From positions 7,518 through 71,517 of the forward strand of contig CAZFEC010000001.1 of NCBI GenBank assembly GCA_964517435.1: 64,000 bases of DNA. The letters run 5' to 3'. The notes below the pieces were generated by a model. It was not told where the DNA came from. It was given only the letters and a program-made list of their open reading frames with translations, and made no database searches. The translations under genes were made by a program, and so were the position numbers. Source of the stretch: an uncultured Bacteroidia bacterium. GTDB lineage: Bacteria; CAIWAD01; BS150m-G50. Positions 47,464-56,427 of the stretch are shown in pieces; within the stretch, counting starts at the first letter, position 1; each line of letters starts with the position of its first letter.

Positions 47464-48984
47464 ATGTACCAGATGATGGATTTCCTGAAGCAACTGGGTA
47501 TCGAACCTGTAAACTCCGGTGTATACGCCGGCGAATGGCTGGAAGGTAAGGGTGGGGAACTTCAGAGCCTGAATCCCCACAACAACGAAGTCATCGCTAC
47601 GGTGCGTCAGGCCGATCCGGAAGAGTACAACCGGGTGGTCGAAGTGGCGCAGGCGCACTATGAAAAGTGGCGGCGGCTGCCGGCTCCGAAGCGGGGCGAG
47701 GTCATCCGTCAGATGGGCGACGCGCTGCGCGCCAGCAAGGATTCGCTGGGACGCCTGGTTACGCTGGAATGCGGTAAGAGCCTGCAGGAAGGGTGGGGCG
47801 AAGTGCAGGAGATGATCGACATCTGCGACTTTGCCGTCGGACTCTCCCGCCAGCTTTACGGATTGACCATGCATTCGGAACGGGCCAACCATCGCATGTA
47901 CGAACAGTGGCACCCGCTGGGTCCCATCGGCCTGGTCACCGCTTTCAACTTCCCGGTCGCGGTCTGGGCCTGGAACAGCGCCATCGCCGGAGTCTGCGGC
48001 GATGCCTGCGTCTGGAAGCCCTCCTCCAAGACACCGCTGACGGCCATCGCCACTCAGAACATCGTCAACCCGGTCCTCGCCAAGCACGGCTTCGACGGTT
48101 TGTTCAACATGGTGGTGGGTCGCGGCAGCAGCATCGGTGAGTTGCTGATCGCGGATGAGCGCCTGCCGTTGATCTCCGCAACCGGCTCCACCCGCATGGG
48201 CCGCCGCATCGGCAACATCGTCGCCGACCGGTTCGGCCGTTCCCTGCTGGAGCTGGGCGGCAATAACGCCATCATCGTGACGCCGCAGGCCGATCTCAAA
48301 CTGACAATCCCGGCGATCCTCTTCGGTGCCGTCGGCACTGCCGGCCAGCGCTGCACGTCCACACGCCGCATCATCGTCCACAGTAGCGTCAGGGAGCAGC
48401 TGGTGGAGCGCCTGGTTAAAGCCTACGCCCAGATCACGATCGGCGATCCCCTCGATACCGCCAATCTGATGGGTCCGTTGATTGACGATACCGCCCTGCA
48501 GGTGATGCAGGACGCCATCGGCAAGGCCAAAGCGGAAGGGGGCGAGGTTATCTACGGCGGCGAGCCGATCGACGGTACCGGCAATTACGTCCATCCCTGC
48601 ATCATGTCCGCCCGCAACGATTTCACTATCGTCCAGGAGGAGACCTTCGCACCGATCCTCTACATCATGGAATACGACACCCTGGAAGAGGCACTCCGGT
48701 TGCACAACGGTGTCCCGCAAGGACTTTCTTCAGCTATCTTCACGGAGAACTTGAAGGAAGCGGAGTACTTCCTCTCGCATGTCGGTTCCGACTGCGGTAT
48801 CGCCAACGTCAACATCGGTACCTCCGGTGCTGAAATCGGCGGTGCTTTCGGAGGGGAGAAAGAAACCGGCGGTGGGCGCGAATCCGGTTCCGATGCCTGG
48901 AAGATCTACATGCGCCGGCAGACCAACACCATCAACTGGTCCGATGAGCTGCCCCTCGCTCAGGGAATCAAATTCGGCGACTAG
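47464..48984 (+). CDS. Aldehyde dehydrogenase, ALDH7 (antiquitin / piperideine-6-carboxylate dehydrogenase)-like
   Basis: ALDH fold with catalytic Cys (GQRCTSTRR) and Glu (LELGGNNA). The N-terminal region is most similar to the ALDH7 subfamily (VYAGEWLEGKGGELQSLNPHNNEVIA). Confidence 0.8.
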   Translation: MYQMMDFLKQLGIEPVNSGVYAGEWLEGKGGELQSLNPHNNEVIATVRQADPEEYNRVVEVAQAHYEKWRRLPAPKRGEVIRQMGDALRASKDSLGRLVTLECGKSLQEGWGEVQEMIDICDFAVGLSRQLYGLTMHSERANHRMYEQWHPLGPIGLVTAFNFPVAVWAWNSAIAGVCGDACVWKPSSKTPLTAIATQNIVNPVLAKHGFDGLFNMVVGRGSSIGELLIADERLPLISATGSTRMGRRIGNIVADRFGRSLLELGGNNAIIVTPQADLKLTIPAILFGAVGTAGQRCTSTRRIIVHSSVREQLVERLVKAYAQITIGDPLDTANLMGPLIDDTALQVMQDAIGKAKAEGGEVIYGGEPIDGTGNYVHPCIMSARNDFTIVQEETFAPILYIMEYDTLEEALRLHNGVPQGLSSAIFTENLKEAEYFLSHVGSDCGIANVNIGTSGAEIGGAFGGEKETGGGRESGSDAWKIYMRRQTNTINWSDELPLAQGIKFGD

Positions 48985-49038
48985 TGGGATCCGGGCTCTG
49001 CAGGCCGGCGCCCCGACGCCGATTGAGAAGGAAAGTCT

Positions 49039-49890
49039 ATGCTGACCATTGAGCAGATCGTTCAGGATGTGCAATCGCTGCCGATGCTGAACGAGGTGGT
49101 GACCAAACTGCTGCGCCTCCTGGAGGATCCGGAGGTCAGCGTCAATGAGGTTTCCGATCTGATCAACCTCGACCAGGGTCTGACGGCGGACATCCTCAAA
49201 CTCTGTAATTCGGCTTGCTTCGGTCTGCCCCGGCGGATCGATTCGATTCATCACGCCGCCGTCCTCCTGGGTACCGATATTCTCTTCGAGTTGACCCTGA
49301 CCGCCATCGCCGGCAACTACCTGGCGGAGGCGCAGCGGGGTTACTCGCTGCCGCAGGGAGTACTGTGGCACTTCTCCCTGGCCTGTGCCATCGCTTCCGG
49401 TCTCCTGGCCGAGGAACTCCGGTTCCCGGACCGCCAGTGTCTCTATACCGCCGCGCTGCTGCAGGAAGTGGGGAAGCTGATTCTCGATCCCTACCTTGAA
49501 CCCCTCGCGGAGGATCTGGGCCGGTTGGTGCTGGAAGAGAAGACCGATTTCTGCGTGGCGGAACGGCAACTGCTTGGAGTCGACCATGCCGAGGCGGGAG
49601 GCGCCATGCTCAGCCATTGGAAACTGCCGGACCGGATCAGCGCCGCCGTCAAGTACCACCACCAGCCGGAAGCCAACGACATCAGCCGCGAGCTCTCCGA
49701 CCTGATTCAACTCTCCGATATGCTGGTGGAATCGCTGGGGATGAAGGCTTTCCGTGAGAGCGCCTGCTACGCCCTGGATGTTGTGCTTTTCGAGCAGGCC
49801 GGTGTCGCGTCAGACCGTATTCCAGAGCTGACCGAGGCGTTGAGCACCCGCCTGACCGAAGCGGAGGAATTAATTCACAGGCCGGCCTGA
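49039..49890 (+). CDS. HDOD-domain signalling protein
   Basis: HDOD pattern (LPMLNEVVTKLLRLLEDPEVSVNEVSDLINLDQGLTADILKLCNSACFGLPRRIDSIHHAAVLLGTDIL). Confidence 0.8.
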   Translation: MLTIEQIVQDVQSLPMLNEVVTKLLRLLEDPEVSVNEVSDLINLDQGLTADILKLCNSACFGLPRRIDSIHHAAVLLGTDILFELTLTAIAGNYLAEAQRGYSLPQGVLWHFSLACAIASGLLAEELRFPDRQCLYTAALLQEVGKLILDPYLEPLAEDLGRLVLEEKTDFCVAERQLLGVDHAEAGGAMLSHWKLPDRISAAVKYHHQPEANDISRELSDLIQLSDMLVESLGMKAFRESACYALDVVLFEQAGVASDRIPELTEALSTRLTEAEELIHRPA

Positions 49891-49955
49891 ATATTCAGCC
49901 CGCTTCGCGAAGTGGAGGAGTTAATTCGCAGGCCCGCCTGTCTCCCAGCCCGCCG

Positions 49956-51323
49956 CTACTCGAGTTTGAACTTGCGAATGCGGTAGCGCAGTGTTTCCCG
50001 GGAGAGACCGAGCCGCCTGGCGGCCTGGCTGACGTTGTAGCGGGATTGCTCCAGTACCTCCTTGATGATCTGCTTTTCGTGCTCCACCAGGGAGAAACCC
50101 TCCTGCGGAATCATTAAACCGTTGTGGTTGTTCGATCGGGCCGTTTCCACAGTGTTGCCTTCCCGGTGCAGATACAAGTGATCGGGATCGATCCAGTCCT
50201 GACTCTCCACCAGCACCGCCCGTTCCAGCGCGTTGCGCAGCTCCCGGATATTGCCGGGCCAGTGATAATTCCGCATCGCCTCCCGCGCACCATCGGTCAG
50301 CCCCTGAATCTGCTTGCGGTATTCCAGGTTGAATTCACTGATGAAGTGCTCCGCCAGCAGAATGGCATCCTCTTTCCGCTCCCGTAGCGGCGGCAGCTCC
50401 AGCGTCAACACATTGAGGCGGTAATAGAGGTCTTCCCGGAAGCGTCCCTCCTTGATCATCTTTTCGAGGTCGCGGTGAGTCGCCGCGATGAAGCGGATAT
50501 CCACTTCCATGTTGGCGGTGCCGCCGAGACGGCGGATCGCCTTCTGCTCCAGCACCCGCAGCAGCTTGGCCTGCAGCTCCAGTTCCATGTCGCCGATTTC
50601 ATCCAGGAAGAAGGTGCCGCCGGAGGCCTTTTCAATCAGACCGATTTTTCGCTGACGGGCGTCTGTGAAAGCACCCTTCTCATATCCGAACAATTCCGAT
50701 TCCAGCAGGGTGGTGGGCATGGCGGAACAGTTAATCTCGAGAAACGGTTCTTTCGAACGCGTGGAGTGTTTGTGGATGGCGTGCGCCAGCAGCTCTTTGC
50801 CGGTCCCGGTTTCCCCTTTGATCAGCACGGTGGCGCTGGGACTGGCCGCCACGCGCGGCACCATGTCGAGCACCTTCCTGAAAGCGGGTGAATCACCCAG
50901 CATGCTGGGCGGTTCCAGCTTGCGTTGCCGGCTGGCCAGGATGTCGCGATCGCGTTCCAGCTTGCGCTGGGTGACGGCGTGTTCGATAATCAGGCGCAGG
51001 CGTTCCAGCTGGAGCGGTTTGGTAATGAAATCGTAGGCGCCCAGCTTCATCGATTTGACCACCATTTCGGTGTCGGTGTAGCCGGTGATCATGATCACCG
51101 GCAGGTCGGCGTCGGTCTCCCGGATCTTGCCGAGGAGATCCAGGCCGGAGATGCCGGGCAACTGTATATCGAGTAGAATCAGTTCGGGCGATTGTTCGTT
51201 AAAGGCGTTGAGAGCTTCCTCCGCATCCTTGAAGAGGTCGACCCGGTGCCCCTGATCGGTCAGGAATAGATCCAGCATCCGCCGGATATCCTGGCCATCA
51301 TCCACGACGAAAATGTGACTCAT
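49956..51323 (-). CDS. Sigma-54-dependent response regulator (NtrC/Fis family: REC-AAA+-HTH)
   Basis: REC domain ([10 protein letters not shown]...[10 protein letters not shown]), AAA+ sigma-54 activator domain ([15 protein letters not shown]; GAFTDA) and a C-terminal HTH. Confidence 0.9.
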   Translation of the reverse strand: MSHIFVVDDGQDIRRMLDLFLTDQGHRVDLFKDAEEALNAFNEQSPELILLDIQLPGISGLDLLGKIRETDADLPVIMITGYTDTEMVVKSMKLGAYDFITKPLQLERLRLIIEHAVTQRKLERDRDILASRQRKLEPPSMLGDSPAFRKVLDMVPRVAASPSATVLIKGETGTGKELLAHAIHKHSTRSKEPFLEINCSAMPTTLLESELFGYEKGAFTDARQRKIGLIEKASGGTFFLDEIGDMELELQAKLLRVLEQKAIRRLGGTANMEVDIRFIAATHRDLEKMIKEGRFREDLYYRLNVLTLELPPLRERKEDAILLAEHFISEFNLEYRKQIQGLTDGAREAMRNYHWPGNIRELRNALERAVLVESQDWIDPDHLYLHREGNTVETARSNNHNGLMIPQEGFSLVEHEKQIIKEVLEQSRYNVSQAARRLGLSRETLRYRIRKFKLE

Positions 51324-51385
51324 ACTAATACCCGCTTGGCTTGGCGCCGCCTCTTCTCAGCCGGCGACGATTGTATCACAGTGTA

Positions 51386-52489
51386 TCACAATGTATCACG
51401 AATATGCAGATAGCTGCGATAGCGCTGCGCGGTCAGCGTCCCCGCTTCGACCGCTGCTTTGACAGCGCAATCCGGCTCCGCCAGATGCTGGCAACTGCTG
51501 AAGCGGCAGTCTCCCGCCCGGGCGACGAACTCCGGGAAGTAGTCGCGCAATTCCCGGGGATCTATGTTCCACAGCTCGAACAGATTCAGCCCTGGCGTGT
51601 CCACCAGATAGCCCTGATCGCGGTAGGGCAGCAGGATGGCCCGGGTGGTCGTGTGTCGCCCCTTGCGGGAGGAGCTGATGATGGCTCCCACCTTGAGGTC
51701 GAGCGAAGGATCCAGCCGGTTGGCCAGCGATGATTTACCGACGCCGCTCTGACCGGCCAGCACGGTCAGTTTCTCCCGCAGGAGCTGGTCCAGCTCCGCC
51801 AGTCCCTGACCGGTCTCGGCGCTGGTCAGTAATACCCGGAACCCGGCGGCTTGATAGACTTCCTGCAACGGTTCCCCGGTACCGGCGTCCAGGTCGATCT
51901 TGTTGATGCAGAGGACCGCCGGCAGGCTCTGAACAGCGGCGGCGATCAGCACCCGGTCGAGGAACTCCGGCTTGGGACGGGGATCAGCGCAACTGGTCAC
52001 CAGCAACAGCTGGTCGACGTTGGCCACTAGCACCTGCTCGATGTCGGGATGCAGGCGGGAGGCACGGCTCAGACGCAACCCGCGCGGGTGGATTTCGGTG
52101 ATGACGCCTTCGCCCGACGGCGCCAGCTGGATATCCACCCGGTCGCCGACAGCGAGCGGTGTTGAATCGTTGGAGTTGATCCGCGTGGTGGAGCGCAACC
52201 GGCAGATGTGATCCTTTCCATCGCTGTTCACCCGCACCGTCCGTCCCATGTATTCCACGACCCGGCCCATCTGAGCCTGGCCGGTCAGTTCCGGCTGCGA
52301 CGACTGGTCCGATACCGTGCGCTGCATCTCTTCGGCGATGTCGTCGGCGATCTCTTCCAGGTCTTCGCCCCGGCGGTCGGTCGACTGCAGCGCCCGGGTG
52401 CGCGCAGCCTCCCGGCGGGCATCGCGCTTATCCCATTCCTGGCGTTGCTGGCGGCGGCGACGTTTGCCGGTGCGCAATTGACGTGGCAT
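51386..52489 (-). CDS. rsgA: Ribosome small-subunit-dependent GTPase A
   Basis: Circularly permuted GTPase motifs (NKIDL; GQSGVGKSSLAN) and a C-terminal Zn-finger (CRFSSCQHLAEPDCAV). An Arg/Lys-rich N-terminal extension is present. Confidence 0.85.
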   Translation of the reverse strand: MPRQLRTGKRRRRQQRQEWDKRDARREAARTRALQSTDRRGEDLEEIADDIAEEMQRTVSDQSSQPELTGQAQMGRVVEYMGRTVRVNSDGKDHICRLRSTTRINSNDSTPLAVGDRVDIQLAPSGEGVITEIHPRGLRLSRASRLHPDIEQVLVANVDQLLLVTSCADPRPKPEFLDRVLIAAAVQSLPAVLCINKIDLDAGTGEPLQEVYQAAGFRVLLTSAETGQGLAELDQLLREKLTVLAGQSGVGKSSLANRLDPSLDLKVGAIISSSRKGRHTTTRAILLPYRDQGYLVDTPGLNLFELWNIDPRELRDYFPEFVARAGDCRFSSCQHLAEPDCAVKAAVEAGTLTAQRYRSYLHIRDTL

Positions 52490-52492
52490 CGC

Positions 52493-53833
52493 TCACTCCT
52501 CCCCGTCGGAATTGGAAGCGGCGTAGCCGGCGGGCGCGGTCAGTTGGTCGAAACGGACGGCCTGACTGATACCGCTCTTCTCGTCGATGAAGAGCAGGAT
52601 GACCGCACCTAGCGCGAAAAACACCAGCAACGCCAGCATACCGCTGCGCAGATCGCCGGTCCAGAGGATGATCAAACCGTAGAGCAGAGGGCCCAGGATG
52701 GTCGCGAATTTGCCGGAGACAGCGAAGAACCCGAAGAACTCGGCGCTCATGTGCTCCGGCGTAAAGAGCCGCTGCATGGAACGTGATACAGATTGCGAGC
52801 CGCCCATCACCAGCCCGGCCAGGGATCCCAGTATCCAGTATTCCTGTTTGGGTTCCAGCCAGATGCCCAGCTTGTACGCCCAGATCAACAGCAGCGACCA
52901 GATCACCATCTGCAACAGCAGCATCGGACGGTGACCGGTCCGGTCGGCAAGGCGTCCGAAGAGCAGGGCGCCCAGCAGCGCCGTACCCTGCACCATCAGG
53001 AAGAACAGGATCAACTCGCCAACCTGCATGCCCAGTACCTGCGCACCGAAAATTGAGGCCATGATGATCACGGTTTCCACGCCGTCGTTGTAGAGCAGGA
53101 AGGCCAGCAGGAACCTGAGCAGCTGTGGCAGCTGGTGGATGCGCTGGAAAGTGGTGCGCAACCGCCGCCAGCCGATTTTAAAGTAACCGCCCATTTCGCC
53201 GGCGGCGATCAGCGGCCGCCGGTCCCGGATGTGGCGGAACAGGGGCAGGCTGAACAGGAACCACCAGACGCTGACGGTCAGGAAGGTCATCTGTTCGGTG
53301 TAGCCGGGCAGAAACTTGAAGGCCAGGAAGTTCAACACCAGCAGCAGACCGCCCCCCAGGTAGCCGGCCGCGTAACCGAGGCCGGAAATCCAACCCGCTT
53401 CCTTCAGGCTGCTGATGTCGATAAGGAATGAGTTGTAGAAGACGTTGGCGCCGGCGAAACCGATGTTGCTCAGAATGAACCAGCCCGCCGCCCACTTGAC
53501 GCCGCCCGCCTGGCTGAAGTACAGCATGATGGTGGCGCCGATACCAAGCAGGGCGCAGATGATCAGGTAGCGGCGGCGGCGCCCGGAATAGTCGGCCAGA
53601 GCACCTAGCAGTGGCGATCCGATCGCCACCACCGTCATGGAGATTGCGACGATGAAGTTGAAGAGCGCCGCGCCGGGAAGATGCAGTTCCCAGCCGAACA
53701 GCTGCCATTCCACGCCGGCGACGCCACCGGCGACAGTCTGCGCGAAGAACTTGTTAAAGATCACCGCCAGGATGATGACGGCATAGGCCGAGTTAGCGAA
53801 GTCATAGAGGACCCAGGCGTAGGTGCGCTTCAT
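52493..53833 (-). CDS. MFS transporter (UMF1/Atg22-like family)
   Basis: 12 TM helices. The start is reassigned to the ATG at 53833 (MKRTYAWVLYDFANSAY...), overlapping the cdaA stop; the track's longer ORF adds an Arg-rich non-protein-like extension. Confidence 0.8.
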   Translation of the reverse strand: MKRTYAWVLYDFANSAYAVIILAVIFNKFFAQTVAGGVAGVEWQLFGWELHLPGAALFNFIVAISMTVVAIGSPLLGALADYSGRRRRYLIICALLGIGATIMLYFSQAGGVKWAAGWFILSNIGFAGANVFYNSFLIDISSLKEAGWISGLGYAAGYLGGGLLLVLNFLAFKFLPGYTEQMTFLTVSVWWFLFSLPLFRHIRDRRPLIAAGEMGGYFKIGWRRLRTTFQRIHQLPQLLRFLLAFLLYNDGVETVIIMASIFGAQVLGMQVGELILFFLMVQGTALLGALLFGRLADRTGHRPMLLLQMVIWSLLLIWAYKLGIWLEPKQEYWILGSLAGLVMGGSQSVSRSMQRLFTPEHMSAEFFGFFAVSGKFATILGPLLYGLIILWTGDLRSGMLALLVFFALGAVILLFIDEKSGISQAVRFDQLTAPAGYAASNSDGEE

Positions 53834-54630
53834 GCCTGCTGCACTCTCAGGGTCGGGGTGATGTCGCCGGCCTCCAGCAACAGGGCCGTGAGGTAGGTGC
53901 GCAGCTGCTCGCCGTCGCTGACCGGTACGAAGTCGCCGGCCAGCGCCAGGGTGATGTGACCGGTTTCCTCCGAGACGATGACCGTCACCGCGTCGGATTC
54001 CTCCGAAACACCGAGACCGGCGCGATGACGCGTGCCGCAGATGGTTTCGAACTGCGGATTGCTGGAGATGGGCAGGGTGCACTTCGCCGCCACGATCCGG
54101 TTGCGTTCGATGATGACGGCTCCGTCATGCAGGGGAGTACGGGGAAAGAAGAGCGAGACCAGCAGCGGCGCTTTGACCGCCGCATCGATTCGAATACCGG
54201 TTTCGGTGATCATCTTAAGGCCGACCTCGCGGCAGATCACGATCAGGCCGCCATACTGGCGCCGGGCGAGTTCCTCTGCCGCGGCGGCCACTTCCTCGAT
54301 CGGATCAGCCTCCGAGATGTTGAAGAAACGCCGGAAGATGTTCGTCTGTCCGAGTTGAATCAGGAAGCGCCTCAGTTCCGGGTGGAAGATGATGATCAGC
54401 GCGATCACCCAGATGGCGGCGAAATTCTGGAAGATCACCGACATGACAGAGAGGTTGAAGATGCGGACCAGGAAGGAGAGCACCAGCAGCAGCACCAATC
54501 CCGTGATCATGGCGGATGCCCGTGTACCGCGCACCAGTCTCAACAGCTGGTAATAGAGCGCGCCGACCAGCAGTACGTCGAGCAGATCCCAGATGGTGAA
54601 GGGGATGAAACCGACATGGAACAGTGTCAT
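53830..54630 (-). CDS. cdaA: Diadenylate cyclase (c-di-AMP synthase) CdaA
   Basis: Three N-terminal TM helices and a DAC domain with conserved motifs (LHDGAVIIERNRIVAAKCTLP; GTRHRAGLGVSEESDAVTVIVSEETG). Confidence 0.85.
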   Translation of the reverse strand: MTLFHVGFIPFTIWDLLDVLLVGALYYQLLRLVRGTRASAMITGLVLLLVLSFLVRIFNLSVMSVIFQNFAAIWVIALIIIFHPELRRFLIQLGQTNIFRRFFNISEADPIEEVAAAAEELARRQYGGLIVICREVGLKMITETGIRIDAAVKAPLLVSLFFPRTPLHDGAVIIERNRIVAAKCTLPISSNPQFETICGTRHRAGLGVSEESDAVTVIVSEETGHITLALAGDFVPVSDGEQLRTYLTALLLEAGDITPTLRVQQA

Positions 54631-55331
54631 GCCTTGTCTCCCTGACTGAGGGTCGGTTTGAATTCGGCCAGGTAAAGCGGTTCCGCGGCGGCCAGATCGC
54701 GGCTGCCGTGACGCGCTATCTCCTCGCAGCCCAGGTGATGGAGCCAGGCCAGCGACAAGCCCGGTTGGGGCGCCGGCAGCAGGTTGAAACGGCAGCTGTC
54801 CAGCCGGGCGTCGACCTCCGGCAGTACCCCCGCGAACTCACCGACCAGGTAGGCCGCGTCGGGCAGCCGTCCTAAATCATCCGCTTTCAGGACAAACGGT
54901 TCCGCCGTGCGCTGCACGATCGAATCCCGCTTGCGGTAGGCAGCGGTGAATACGGCATCGCGACGGTAATAAACACAGGGATAGATGTCGGCCACCGGGG
55001 CCGTTACGTTGCGGGCCAGGGTGTCCAAAGTAGAAACGCCGGTGTATTCAACCGGCGTCTCGTTCTCCTCCGTGTAGAAAAGACCCTTCAGAAAAGCGAG
55101 TCCGACCCGCAGACCGGTAAACGAGCCGGGACCGTGCGCGAGGATCACGCGGTTCAGCTCCGGTAACGTCAGCTCCAGTTCCGCCAGCATCGCCGCCAGA
55201 TAGTCGCCGAGAACCTCGCCGGAGCGACGCAGATTGCCCCAGCTTCGCTCGAGTGCCATTTCCCCCTCCTGGTAGATCGCCAGGGCAGAGGGGGCGGTAG
55301 CACAGTTTAGAACCAGTGTGTTGCGGCTCAT
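54627..55331 (-). CDS. tsaB: tRNA threonylcarbamoyladenosine biosynthesis protein TsaB (YeaZ-like, inactive Kae1/TsaD paralogue)
   Basis: ASKHA-fold N-terminal half only (~230 aa) with a Gly-rich TsaB-like pattern (RVILAHGPGSFTGLRVGLAFLKGL). Stop overlaps the cdaA start. Confidence 0.65.
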   Translation of the reverse strand: MSRNTLVLNCATAPSALAIYQEGEMALERSWGNLRRSGEVLGDYLAAMLAELELTLPELNRVILAHGPGSFTGLRVGLAFLKGLFYTEENETPVEYTGVSTLDTLARNVTAPVADIYPCVYYRRDAVFTAAYRKRDSIVQRTAEPFVLKADDLGRLPDAAYLVGEFAGVLPEVDARLDSCRFNLLPAPQPGLSLAWLHHLGCEEIARHGSRDLAAAEPLYLAEFKPTLSQGDKA

Positions 55332-56427
55332 CGGCTGAACTTTCGGTTATCAGGTGGATCCAGCTGCAATATGATTATTATCGACAGACGAACCAAGGAT
55401 ATTTGGTGATATGCACCAGGTTGGTTCTTTTTTGGAGGAGCAAGAAAGAATGCTCACAGAACCACGAATTCGAATCTGCAATTTCTGAACTGACTTGTTG
55501 GCATCATCGCCTTGCGTTTGTTGGGCTCATACATTAACGCGAATAGGATTGGTATCTTTTCGGGATTCGGAATCGGTATCGGAATTCGGTTTTCAACAGC
55601 AGTCAATTAACCGCGAATGAACGCGCTTTCGAACCTGTAACGGTTGAATAAACCCGCACGATAGTCTGCCTTGTGCCGAAGGCACTGGAATAGACGCTAA
55701 TTTGGGTTAGTATGGTGCCGGGATTCGGAATCGGGATCGGTATCGGTCCTAGAAACGTCATTAATGAGAGATAATGTCTGGTGTTGAGCCCGAAAACAGC
55801 AGGTGCGTAAACAGTCGCGTTCATTCTCGGTTCAATAGGTAATCTCAATCGAATGCCCGAGGTCGAGGCCGGAGCAATAGCAATTCGCGACCATTCGTGG
55901 TTCCAGGATATCCCAGCTTCACATTAACCCATCTCACATAAAGCAATCCTTCACCGATATCCCAAATATCGTTGCTGGCCAACGAGATCGCGCGTCATCC
56001 AATCTCCCTGTCTTGAGATCGCTCCCATTTGTTTACATAATATATCTTATGCGAACATACTGATATTTTAAACCGGCTGCCATAGCGCCTCCTGCGCTCT
56101 TCCCTGTCGTGTGGAAAACCGGTTTGATAACTCGGTTTTTTCATTTTTTTGACGATTCCCCCGATTTTCCGGTTATCCGGTCTCTGAAAGCGTGACGAGG
56201 CGGCGCCTGGGATAGATCCCACTCCGAGCAGCTCGCCGGAACCAATACCTGTCCCCCGGCCCAATTTTCGTAAAAAGTTGACATGCGAATCCTTTTTTCC
56301 GAAATTGGGTTAAATACCGGTCCGATACTGAAATCCCCCGGTAAGCGCCCGGAATGGCTCAAACCTGATCGCAACAGGCTGCAGATTCGCACTTGATCAT
56401 CATCGTGGTGATTTCATTCGCGCTTGA

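Noticed and set aside
47425-48720. 431-aa minus-strand ORF antisense to the ALDH7-like gene
   Set aside because: The ALDH frame has full-length catalytic motifs. The antisense frame is Ala/Asp/Gly-rich without any recognisable fold, the common shadow-ORF pattern in GC-rich DNA. The same reasoning applies to 37781..39052 (antisense argS), 11572..12786 (antisense kinase), 9732..10574, 30507..31658 and 57352..58800.
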